In this document: positions 18,801-27,253 of the stretch, piece after piece
Position numbering within the stretch: the first letter of the stretch is position 1
How the letters are laid out: each line of letters opens with the position of its first letter
NCBI GenBank assembly: GCA_903944895.1
Contig: CAJATL010000226.1
Span: forward strand, 7,762-71,761
Source: an uncultured Bacteroidota bacterium
GTDB lineage: Bacteria; Bacteroidota; Bacteroidia; Bacteroidales; 4484-276
Direction: 5' to 3'
Length of the DNA stretch: 64,000 nucleotides
The notes under the pieces: model-generated
Seen by the model: only the letters and a program-made list of their open reading frames with translations
Databases searched by the model: none
Told to the model about the DNA's origin: nothing
Position numbers and translations under genes: made by a program

Positions 18801-19284
18801 ATCTGTCTCTTAACGAAACATTTATGTTGTCAATGTTTATAGCCTTATCAATATTTATCTTTCTGGGTTGATTAAAATCAGAGTTTTCAAACTTATTAAA
18901 ATATCCATCCGTCCAGTAAATCATATCACCAACAACATCGGCACTTATCCAATGGGTTGGCCGGAAGTTTAGTTTAGCGGAAACAATCTGCTGAACGGTA
19001 TCGTTTTCCAGAAAATATCTGACAATTTTACTGTTATTACTCAAGTCATTTGGGGCCAGAAAAATTAAAACAGCCTTATTTTTAACATCTTTACACCAAC
19101 CATTAATTGAATGCCCCGGATATTGAGCCAGAAGAAAAGTGCCATCAATGGGTACGTTTATCCCAATAAATCCGGGCTTGTATGATCTCATGTTTTTTTT
19201 CGAGGTCGCACCATTGGCATCAAGAAATTTAGGGTCAACATCCTGATCAATTTTACGCAAATATTTGATGTCTGGTATCTGCAT
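15898..19284 (-). CDS. large tail/baseplate-type structural protein (1128 aa)
   Basis: Track ORF. Called from its size and position in the structural operon. Uses TAG as its stop. Confidence 0.7.
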   Translation of the reverse strand: MQIPDIKYLRKIDQDVDPKFLDANGATSKKNMRSYKPGFIGINVPIDGTFLLAQYPGHSINGWCKDVKNKAVLIFLAPNDLSNNSKIVRYFLENDTVQQIVSAKLNFRPTHWISADVVGDMIYWTDGYFNKFENSDFNQPRKINIDKAINIDNINVSLRDRYPTFTNVNIPQITNVAKNNMAKVSAAYTNNLSLNQNYLREKLFQFRVQYVWDDKEQGAWSEISNLPTPIGESNPIGIYGNPENTNNEIVVTFELGPDQVESVNVAYREGNNGHWRQFKTIHKWNEDDTWAGAVGRVSFFGNEISYPLDDIEVGRLFFDVPISAKVQKFIDGKNILYGNYLTGYRNTQETDLTITQVRGLVSYEFQSIEAALFGTWYVLYFGNFIVTGDGALFSVSFKYHDDNADYERNYFYTAQENESMQDVIEAIATWFNESIFSGIASVTNITPNVLTVDESWDDNGRVYAVDGYTVTYSSSFSTQRTFKSGSSVEVGVIYYDDYGRCGGVQAAQTVKIPFVTESYPGIHWMKPTMATTDLKIKIDGIPPAEAKYFQLAVSPKQRRYFQFLVEPLERDVAANMVKIRLNDSIQEALLNNSKVTYGYYDFQKRDRVRIIGRVNTPGDIVLSSDLYDMEIIDAKYDVDEVGADKANSTYKTDDADGDNKSFIVDENGNKVKKESSQYLVVKNFDFESEHWDNYNVLIEVYSPELIDDENNLFNELPGLYTIQGAHTPNRLHGPGGFLEVTIQGDSYVKPRVKSGEYYFMCEDTHFSDIYESNFWNKGRPNVVIEHADPKWNTVAIKHSRQYIKGAFNGLSNFDASEILLDEKYGEIRDMDVVGYILKVIQDTKVTSIYIGRTVIDQADGTTGYVGYTDKLLGTIVPSTLDFGTIFPKSVATVNNAQYFFDVFNGVMVRESSNGPFPISKYGLNGYFKQKSKEILSNLGQSEVSCGWDGLYNELNVTFTINGVSETITFHEDENLWSHSPVYTPMGYAWLGDRMLSYYDEKLWKHNQEGSTKIYGNDFDCEVEIPINIEPLKSKIFQNIQIKGTTGWSAEVAIYDDLMNKVAESVIYESDFVNKNDMLWANFRRNGTTPIELVNGNRLKGRWMKLKLKNSSGGVISYLVVNSIVNEKS

Positions 19285-19285
19285 G

Positions 19286-19996
19286 CTATTTTACCCCCTG
19301 CGATTTTCCCCGGTTAATAGCATCAAGAAGCTCTCTCATTGAGAAGCTATTCTTGGTAAGTATGTACCTCTTTTTGGCGTTCACATAATTCCTGTGAGCC
19401 ATCTGCACCCTTCCAAGGTTTGAATCAAGATTTCTTTTGAGCAACACCCATTCAAGGTATTCTTTTAGTGCCGGAATAATAGTTACTGGTATGTAAGATT
19501 CTCCTTCAAGTGAAATTCCGGAGCTTCTATATTCCAATGCCATAATCTGACCAGCAAGGTTTCCACGAAACCGGATAACCCGATTCCTCATATCGACACG
19601 ATACTCACCAATATCATAACCACCACCCTTCGCGTAATTAAATCCCTGTGGAGGTGTAAGCCCCCTTAACAGGTCTGAATTTACCACCTCAACACCACAA
19701 ACAAGCCCGTCTGGCATTGCAAGGTTGTCGTTTTTTACAAAGGTATGAATCTGGCCATTTGATATTATTCCAGCCCTGGAAATATTAATGCAGTCAGATG
19801 GTATGAAAAAGTTGTTCACGGCATCAACTGTACCGTAATACACCTTTACGCCCTCTCCGTTCTTTACCGAAAACTCTTGGGTAAACCCCTCAATAACGAT
19901 CTGCTTGTATCGTAAAAAGTTCTCAAGTCCTTCGTCTTTCTCATTCAAAAACGAATAAACCACATTATCAATTTTTACCAGCGCTGACGTGTCCAT
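19286..19996 (-). CDS. hypothetical structural protein (236 aa)
   Basis: Track ORF, abutting its neighbours in the late operon. Confidence 0.65.
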   Translation of the reverse strand: MDTSALVKIDNVVYSFLNEKDEGLENFLRYKQIVIEGFTQEFSVKNGEGVKVYYGTVDAVNNFFIPSDCINISRAGIISNGQIHTFVKNDNLAMPDGLVCGVEVVNSDLLRGLTPPQGFNYAKGGGYDIGEYRVDMRNRVIRFRGNLAGQIMALEYRSSGISLEGESYIPVTIIPALKEYLEWVLLKRNLDSNLGRVQMAHRNYVNAKKRYILTKNSFSMRELLDAINRGKSQGVK

Positions 19997-20574
19997 TATG
20001 TTGTTTTTTGATTGCTGTCAATAACTTTATCTTCAACCGGTGACTGCCTTAAAAATTGCCACACAATATCCCTAATTGACATCTGACTGTGAGGCGCAAA
20101 GTAAATTTCATCTGATGGCAAATATGAATCATATCTGATTACTAACCTAAGATTGACTTTACTGAATCCATAAATTTTATTAAGCAACTGAATACGATCC
20201 TGTGTAACAAGATACCATATTTGCCCGGGCATTAATCCTACTTCAAGTTCCTTCAATATTTTGGTTTGGTTTAATGTGACGGGTAGGAATCTTGCACTAA
20301 TCTCACCCACCGGCTCAACACTTACCCCACCACCGGCAATGGGTAAATCAATAATGGCTGCAGGTAACATAATGTATCTTTCGCTGCCGGTACCAAGAAT
20401 GTCTTGCTCCGGGAATAGCTTTGAATAGAAGTCAATATTTTGTGTCCTCTTGTTCTGCCAGTGATTTACTACATAGAGATCGTAGGCCATCGAAATATAC
20501 TTTTCGACCAATGCCGGGTTTACGTCAACAACTAAGGACTTCCGTATGAGTTCTGTAAATTCCCTTTTCTTCAT
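19996..20574 (-). CDS. hypothetical structural protein (192 aa)
   Basis: Track ORF with 1-nt overlaps at both ends. Confidence 0.65.
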   Translation of the reverse strand: MKKREFTELIRKSLVVDVNPALVEKYISMAYDLYVVNHWQNKRTQNIDFYSKLFPEQDILGTGSERYIMLPAAIIDLPIAGGGVSVEPVGEISARFLPVTLNQTKILKELEVGLMPGQIWYLVTQDRIQLLNKIYGFSKVNLRLVIRYDSYLPSDEIYFAPHSQMSIRDIVWQFLRQSPVEDKVIDSNQKTT

Positions 20575-21335
20575 TATCCCTCCGATTTCTTCATTTGAGC
20601 AAAGTCAATAGGTAATCTTTCCCGTATCTCAACACCCATTTTCTCGAACACCAGGTTTACTATTTCTGTGTAAGCCGAATCTCCATACGAAAACTCCACT
20701 GATTTTGATTGGTAGTCTGGGATGAATGGATATGTAATTTGTCTTACAACGGTAACATTTGATGAATCAACAATGTAATACTCTCCCTGCCCCTGTTTAA
20801 CTGTCCAACCTGGCTTCAAATACTTTTGGTTGTGCCCTGAATCAATGTAGTAATCATAATATGGCCTTGCTGGTAATGCAAGGTAATGGTATGTAAATTC
20901 GGTGCCATTGGCTGACAGGTAAACATACTTGTTTACCAGGTACCCATAAACAGAATCTACATTATCAACCAATCCATTTGCAAGCTCATTGAATTTTGTT
21001 TCAGGTACGATATTAACCTTCCTGCCAATACCACCAATTACTATCCTTGATGATAACATCATGTCGTAATCATCTTCCAGTTTAATGGGACTTACCGCTT
21101 CACCATTAATCACCTTCTTTAACTCGTTGAGGTAGCTATCCCTTAAGAGTTCGATGAAGTTCATTTGCTTGGAAATAGAAAGCTCTGTGATGCGCCTTTT
21201 TTCCCGGTGAAATACTTCAATGTTCACAACTGGAATGATCGAATTGTATTCAACCGGACTAACCGGATCAGATACCTGGTCTTTATTGATCAGGTAGTTA
21301 CAGTAGTTTAATATGTCCTCATGTGTTAATGTCAT
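20574..21335 (-). CDS. hypothetical structural protein (253 aa)
   Basis: Track ORF, overlap-coupled to its neighbours. Confidence 0.65.
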   Translation of the reverse strand: MTLTHEDILNYCNYLINKDQVSDPVSPVEYNSIIPVVNIEVFHREKRRITELSISKQMNFIELLRDSYLNELKKVINGEAVSPIKLEDDYDMMLSSRIVIGGIGRKVNIVPETKFNELANGLVDNVDSVYGYLVNKYVYLSANGTEFTYHYLALPARPYYDYYIDSGHNQKYLKPGWTVKQGQGEYYIVDSSNVTVVRQITYPFIPDYQSKSVEFSYGDSAYTEIVNLVFEKMGVEIRERLPIDFAQMKKSEG

Positions 21336-22066
21336 ATTCCTTGTTGTTTATGCTTTTCAGCAATTTGAAACACATCTTGTCTTTGCATGGTAATCCCCAG
21401 ATCAGACAACAGCACATACATAATATCAACCTGATTAACCTCGTCCCAATCATCTCCCGAAATTCCCCACGAACTACCGGCTGGATTGTACTGGTTTACT
21501 CCATTTGGAGATATAGTTACACTGTAAACTGGCTTGGATGGCTGCCTTAAATAAACCATTCCAACGCGGATAATAGTTTCCGGGGCCACCCGAATAAATG
21601 TCGCTTGAGAATTGGCTATTGGGTATTCATCATTTGGCCGGTCAACCCAATTTCCCTGCATTTCATCCCAGCGTTTATCAGTAACAATTTCAATGACCTT
21701 AGACCTTGTTCCCTCTCCCGGGTATTCAATAAAAGCGACCAGTGAAGATGGGTAGTAATAACCGGCTGGGTAATTAAACCTACCCCCAACAACAGGAATA
21801 GCTGACGGCCCATCCTTTATTACCTTGAATCGTCTTAAGTCTTCGGTTATCTTTTGGGTAATATCAAAAGCCTGTCTTGGTAATGGCATCCCGGGCTGAT
21901 ACTCCTCCGGCAAACCCAACTTCCTTTTGTAATGTTTTAACTGTGCTATGTGCAACAGATCACAAAACTTTGCTGGGGTCAATGATGGAATATCCGGCAA
22001 CCGATCACCGATGATAAAATTGACAATATTTGATATTTGTAAAAGGTTCATTAATGAATCTCCCAA
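21332..22066 (-). CDS. hypothetical structural protein (244 aa)
   Basis: Track ORF, overlap-coupled to its neighbours. Confidence 0.65.
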   Translation of the reverse strand: MGDSLMNLLQISNIVNFIIGDRLPDIPSLTPAKFCDLLHIAQLKHYKRKLGLPEEYQPGMPLPRQAFDITQKITEDLRRFKVIKDGPSAIPVVGGRFNYPAGYYYPSSLVAFIEYPGEGTRSKVIEIVTDKRWDEMQGNWVDRPNDEYPIANSQATFIRVAPETIIRVGMVYLRQPSKPVYSVTISPNGVNQYNPAGSSWGISGDDWDEVNQVDIMYVLLSDLGITMQRQDVFQIAEKHKQQGI

Positions 22067-23487
22067 TTATTATTTCTTAGTACGACATGAATGGAATCGC
22101 CCTGTGTTTTAAATGCGTAACTGTCTTGGTTATTAATTTTCGGGCTTCCGGGATACATAGATGGACTTGCTGGACTATATGGAATAACTGTAACGTCCCT
22201 TATAAGGATAGCTGCCTTAATTTCAAATTCCCTGCCTTGTAGTGATGGTCCAGGGGTAGGAAGATTAAGTATCACATTTACTGAAACAGCCTCGGCGTAA
22301 ATAATATCGTCTGGTGTTGTAATTAACGAACTTACGGTAACTGTACGAATCGTTCTATTCCCTACTACCGCCAGTTTCATAATAAATTGCCAATTCCCGC
22401 CAACCTTTTTATAAACACTTCCATCGGTTGTTTTAAGATAAAAATCATCATTATCACCTTCTGACGCCAATGGGTTTCCAGCACCAGAAAGCCATGTAGC
22501 TCCGTCGTCACCATCTACCCCATTCGTTCCACTTAATACAGTTGCAGGAATCCTTACTGGATTCTTAGACGGGGTAATATCAACATTACACTCTGAACGT
22601 AATATTGATTTAATCTGTTCGCACGGCCATGAAGCATCCAGGTCGGCACTCTTGTACATCAAATACAGATCATAGTAAAACGAAATATCATAAATCATTC
22701 TTTCGTAATACTCCGCGTCTCTTGGGCTTCTGGACCTTGCCAAAATCAATCTTTCACTTAACTGCCTGATACAATTAATACAGGAAGTGATGCACGATTC
22801 TTCATAGTCAATATTGAAGTTATCGTTGTACTCTGCTTCGGTGATGTAAATAACCCACCAGTCATTATCTGTCCATGTAGCCAGCCTGTAAGTAAGGGAA
22901 GATACAATTTTCAGGTCATAGTTATTGGTGTAAAGATCGGGGCCTACCGTAACTACATCTTCCGCGACATCATCATAAGCAAGCCCAGCGTCGGCGGGAA
23001 TACCAAGCGGAGGTCTTAATGTCAGGTGTCTTGAAATTAAAAACGGCTCAAACGATCCAGAATTTATGGCGTATGTTGAGTTATCCGTTATGGTAAGTTT
23101 TGACAGATAATAATCAACAGACCTTGTTACTGTAATTGTCGGCGCTTCTGACTGAAAATCATAACTGGCTGTGGTAATAAAATCTTCTGTGACACCACCG
23201 ATAACTGCAACGATCCTGTAATTTACTTCATAAACACCCTTCAAAATTGTGTATTCTTTTTCGAGAAAGGTAACAGGTATTGCCGCGAAAATATTAGTGT
23301 CTGGCTCGGATATGATTGTGTCAAAGCCCGGGTTTTTGTAAACACTCACACCATTCCTTGAAATAGAAATAGCTCCAATAACCGAAGCATATCCGGCGTA
23401 CACCGTATCCGAAATATCCTCAAACAACAACTTCCCAGTTATCTCATTGAGTGTTATCCTGAATTTAATTTGGCCTTGCAGTGACAT
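22051..23487 (-). CDS. tail fibre/spike-like protein (478 aa)
   Basis: Track ORF. Contains a short collagen-like or Gly-rich stretch, GTNGVDGDDGATWLSGAGNP. Located in the tail gene block. Confidence 0.55.
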   Translation of the reverse strand: MSLQGQIKFRITLNEITGKLLFEDISDTVYAGYASVIGAISISRNGVSVYKNPGFDTIISEPDTNIFAAIPVTFLEKEYTILKGVYEVNYRIVAVIGGVTEDFITTASYDFQSEAPTITVTRSVDYYLSKLTITDNSTYAINSGSFEPFLISRHLTLRPPLGIPADAGLAYDDVAEDVVTVGPDLYTNNYDLKIVSSLTYRLATWTDNDWWVIYITEAEYNDNFNIDYEESCITSCINCIRQLSERLILARSRSPRDAEYYERMIYDISFYYDLYLMYKSADLDASWPCEQIKSILRSECNVDITPSKNPVRIPATVLSGTNGVDGDDGATWLSGAGNPLASEGDNDDFYLKTTDGSVYKKVGGNWQFIMKLAVVGNRTIRTVTVSSLITTPDDIIYAEAVSVNVILNLPTPGPSLQGREFEIKAAILIRDVTVIPYSPASPSMYPGSPKINNQDSYAFKTQGDSIHVVLRNNNWEIH

Positions 23488-23512
23488 GGTATTATAATTT
23501 TAAAGTTATGAA

Positions 23513-23537
23513 GGGCTGCCGAAATTAACGGCAGCCC
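23513..23537 (-). terminator. GC-rich hairpin between genes
   Basis: GGGCTGCCG-ttaattt-CGGCAGCCC, with a weak U-tract. Confidence 0.4.
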
Positions 23538-23546
23538 AAATTTTAT

Positions 23547-24584
23547 TTATTTCTTTCTGTTACGTCGAATTACCGGATCACCGAGAAATTCATATTCATC
23601 GTCAACGGGTACTGTAACATCAACTGGTGAGTTTACCCTGTCTGAAATGATTTGTTTGACATCGTTGTATTGATTTTCGTTTTGATTGAAGAATACTTCC
23701 AACGATTTTTCGGCACCGTAATAATTATTGATCCTACAAAGCATTGTTGCCGGCTCCCCATTATCAGATGCGATAGCCCACTGCATTTCATTTCCAGAAC
23801 CAATTTCCTTAACAACCTTGAAAGCAATTGCTTTCTTTACCACAACCTTTACTTCGGTTACGTGAGGCACGTCGCAATCATCAATGAATGTTTGCAGCTT
23901 TTTGTAATCATATTCACCATGCTCTTTATGCAGTACATAGTTTCGTAAAAGTTTACGGGCAATAAACTCGTCTCCCTTAACCTTCGGGTCCATAAGGCCA
24001 TACGCAATACAAATGTCAATGACTTTGTTTGCGGGTAATCCGATGTCCTGGCTTACAATCATAGCGTCAGCTTTTGAAGCAAGACTGGCATCAATAATTT
24101 CTTTACGAGCATCTCCTTGTTCATCCCACACGACAAATTGTGGTGTTCCTGCTCTTTTGTCGTTTTGCAGCTTGCCAATTTCCCCATTCATCGCTCCACA
24201 CAAAGGCGAAACGAAAATCATAAAAAAGGCAAAATCCGGATCGGTGTCAAGACTTATGGCTATTTTATCAGCGAAGTGTATGTACGCTGGCTCATACCCC
24301 TTACGTCCGGTACGAAGCATTTTTTCATTACGGAAATACCTGATATTCCATTGGTTTTGGTTGTTGTTGTAGATGGTTACTGATTTAAACAATACCCCCT
24401 GTGAGTGTTCAATAATGCTTTTGTTTTTATCGGTTTTAACAACACGATAATTATCTTTTGGAAAGTCAAGTACAACATGCCTTCCAAATCTTTCTTTCAA
24501 TAAACGAACTGCTTTGTCGTAAATCTCAAAAATTTTTACGTCCGGACTATTGGACGAAATCTTTACATCATTTGCTTCTAACAT
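23547..24584 (-). CDS. hypothetical virion protein (345 aa)
   Basis: Track ORF, the first gene after the capsid terminator. Confidence 0.65.
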   Translation of the reverse strand: MLEANDVKISSNSPDVKIFEIYDKAVRLLKERFGRHVVLDFPKDNYRVVKTDKNKSIIEHSQGVLFKSVTIYNNNQNQWNIRYFRNEKMLRTGRKGYEPAYIHFADKIAISLDTDPDFAFFMIFVSPLCGAMNGEIGKLQNDKRAGTPQFVVWDEQGDARKEIIDASLASKADAMIVSQDIGLPANKVIDICIAYGLMDPKVKGDEFIARKLLRNYVLHKEHGEYDYKKLQTFIDDCDVPHVTEVKVVVKKAIAFKVVKEIGSGNEMQWAIASDNGEPATMLCRINNYYGAEKSLEVFFNQNENQYNDVKQIISDRVNSPVDVTVPVDDEYEFLGDPVIRRNRKK

Positions 24585-24600
24585 ATACTTTTTTATTTTT

Positions 24601-24634
24601 AAATTGTGAAAAAGTGGAGGGCGGACCCTCCACT
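24601..24634 (-). terminator. intrinsic terminator after capsid gene
   Basis: AGTGGAGGG-tccg-CCCTCCACT followed by TTTTTC on the minus strand. Confidence 0.7.
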
Positions 24635-24657
24635 TAAATTATTTTACTTCAATCATC

Positions 24658-26085
24658 TTAACTCTGTGGTAGTCTTCCACCACCGTAAGCTAAGTTAGGA
24701 TCAAATAACACCGCCTGATTTGCTTTCGAGAAAGTCAACATCTGGTGTGTACGCAAATAGAAGTCAGCGCGGTCAACGCTCTTTACATAAAGTCCACCAC
24801 CGGCTCCCTTAAGAGACCAGGTTTCAAACCTTCGTGAGTAGTCACCCATTGCACGATATTTAATACCAATGTTAGGAATTTGAACCTGTGTCTTGGCATC
24901 TTTAATTGTCGATAATGGGAACAGCATAGCACCTTTTTCCATATTATAACCAGCGGCTCCATAAGTTTTAGGATTCGACCAGTTACCGTGAGGACGTACA
25001 GCGATTGTGATACCAGACCTTGTGATTGTTTTAATATTCAAAGACATCGACAACTCGCGATTTCCTTTAAACAGTGTGCTTTCAACTTTAGTAAGTCCGT
25101 CAATACCTCCACCAGCGCCGGCAGCGAAGTCATAAACTTCATTGTCAATCTGATTAGCAAAGATATTACCACATAACAGCATAGCCATGTCAGAATCAAT
25201 ACCCTGACGTTTCATGTACAGTGCAACTTCTTCGAGCATGTCCAAATCAAATCCACCTTCGGTACCTACACTAAGGCCAAGATCACGAATCCATGGCGCA
25301 ATACCCCTGGTAGTTTTAATTTGCTCACCGGTAACAGGATCAATCAAATCTTCGTGGTTGTGTTCGCCATAGCTAAACGCTCCGTCTATTTTAAGACCCA
25401 GAAGATATTCTGCTCTCGAAATACCAGTGGTGTACCATCCAGGAAGACTTCTTCCGTCGTCGATAACTTTAAACCATTTCTGGTTAACAAATTGTGTACC
25501 GGTAAGTCCAGTAGATTCTTTGAAAATCTGTGCCTGGAAATACCTGGGGGTCTGCCCAACAATAGTGCCTTCCGGCTGGTCACTACCTTCGGAGAAGGCC
25601 CCATTCGTAATGATAAGAGTATCACCTGCTGTAATTGTTCCAATTGCAAAATCAGAAACAGGTTTAATTGTAATTGTGTATGTTCCGGTATTTTTTGCGG
25701 TAACAATTACTTGCCTTTCCTTGTAGCCAGGCAAAGTAATAATGTCGCCAACCCGGGCATAAACGTAATCTGCATCAAGAGCTACTTCGAGGGCTGCTTT
25801 TGCAACAGCCTGTGTAACCGTAGATTTTACGGTAAGCGTATCGTGTATCCAGTTTTCCTCCCACTGTGTGTGTTCATCATTTGCAATGGCTTCCTCGCGG
25901 CCCATTGATCGGAACAGCATCATAAGGTTGTCAAACTGTTTTCCATATCTGGAAATGAGTTTTGCATACACGGACGGCTCAACGGCGTCCATGAGAGATA
26001 CCATTTGACTGGTATAAATACCAGTTTGAGGGTAAGTACCTGATTTAAATTCTAACGCATTAGCAGCGTTTTGTTCGTTTGTCAT
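24658..26085 (-). CDS. putative major capsid protein (475 aa)
   Basis: Canonical portal-scaffold-capsid order, consistent size, and a strong terminator directly downstream. No motif-level proof. Confidence 0.65.
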   Translation of the reverse strand: MTNEQNAANALEFKSGTYPQTGIYTSQMVSLMDAVEPSVYAKLISRYGKQFDNLMMLFRSMGREEAIANDEHTQWEENWIHDTLTVKSTVTQAVAKAALEVALDADYVYARVGDIITLPGYKERQVIVTAKNTGTYTITIKPVSDFAIGTITAGDTLIITNGAFSEGSDQPEGTIVGQTPRYFQAQIFKESTGLTGTQFVNQKWFKVIDDGRSLPGWYTTGISRAEYLLGLKIDGAFSYGEHNHEDLIDPVTGEQIKTTRGIAPWIRDLGLSVGTEGGFDLDMLEEVALYMKRQGIDSDMAMLLCGNIFANQIDNEVYDFAAGAGGGIDGLTKVESTLFKGNRELSMSLNIKTITRSGITIAVRPHGNWSNPKTYGAAGYNMEKGAMLFPLSTIKDAKTQVQIPNIGIKYRAMGDYSRRFETWSLKGAGGGLYVKSVDRADFYLRTHQMLTFSKANQAVLFDPNLAYGGGRLPQS

Positions 26086-26134
26086 TGTCTTAAACGTATT
26101 TAATGAATAAATTTATTTAAGACTGCTTGCTGAT

Positions 26135-27247
26135 TTACATGAGTACTGATGGCAATGAATCAATGAAGTCTTCGGCGTTACTAACACCTTGTCCCCCACC
26201 AGCCGACCCCTGGTTGAATTTACCCGGATTATGGATAAATTGTCGCAGTTCCTTGTCAGACATTTTTGATTTCTGTTGGATAATGGCCGCGTTATACTTT
26301 TCAAGGTTGTTCCCGATCCATAATGCGTTGACATATTTTTTCAATGTACTAACGTTTTTTGGCTCGTTCTGCAAACCATTGTCAAGTATGTAATGAAGTG
26401 CCGCCTTCAAATACACGTCCTTCTCCTGTGCCGGTATTTCTATATCCATGAAATGTTCTGATGAACCTTCTTTCCCGGGTAGCGAAACATTCACTACTGT
26501 AAGATCGGAGGTTTTAAAATCAAACCCTTTCCATGTGTTAAATACTTTTTCAATTCGTTCTTTTTTCTGCTCTGCCGATTCGATTGCCGGAATTTCTACT
26601 TTTGAAAAGTATTCATTCAGTTTTCTTTCGGCGGCAGCTTCCGCTCTTTTCATTTTCAGGGTCTCCCTTTCGTATTCCGGGGTGCCTTCTTCGAGGTCAT
26701 TGTCAAAGAAAATGGGGTACTTATCCTCCATTTCGATGCTCAACATCCTTTCGTTTTCTGCCAGGAATGGCTCTTCGAGTTTTAATGCAGCTTCAATTTT
26801 TTTCTGGGCTGACATTTTACTGGAAATAAATTCCCGGTAAACATCGGCTGCAACTGGATTATCCTTTTCCAATTTTTGTAGCCTTACATATTTTGGGTCA
26901 ACACCGGATTCAAGCCCTTTCATGGCTCTCTGCATCTTTTCGAGGTCTGCCTTTGTTTGCTCGTATTCGGTCTTGATTTTAGTGTGTTCTTCTGATACCT
27001 CTTTGTACTTAGTCCTGGATTGTTTAACTTCATCCCAAGACGTTGCATCCGGAAAGTGTGTTTTCAAAAAATCAACTTCCGGGTCTGGTTTTTGTTTACC
27101 TACAGCCGGTCCACTTACTTTTAATTCCTCTGGATGTTGCGCCGGAGGAGGTGCTGCCGCATGATCCATAAACTGCGATCCATCCTGTGCCATCATTTCT
27201 TCGATTAATGAGGTGTCTGTAATACCACCTTCTTCTTTTTCTGCCAT
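26135..27247 (-). CDS. putative scaffolding protein (370 aa)
   Basis: Acidic, Lys/Glu-rich and helical sequence, located between portal and capsid. Confidence 0.6.
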   Translation of the reverse strand: MAEKEEGGITDTSLIEEMMAQDGSQFMDHAAAPPPAQHPEELKVSGPAVGKQKPDPEVDFLKTHFPDATSWDEVKQSRTKYKEVSEEHTKIKTEYEQTKADLEKMQRAMKGLESGVDPKYVRLQKLEKDNPVAADVYREFISSKMSAQKKIEAALKLEEPFLAENERMLSIEMEDKYPIFFDNDLEEGTPEYERETLKMKRAEAAAERKLNEYFSKVEIPAIESAEQKKERIEKVFNTWKGFDFKTSDLTVVNVSLPGKEGSSEHFMDIEIPAQEKDVYLKAALHYILDNGLQNEPKNVSTLKKYVNALWIGNNLEKYNAAIIQQKSKMSDKELRQFIHNPGKFNQGSAGGGQGVSNAEDFIDSLPSVLM

Positions 27248-27253
27248 AATGTA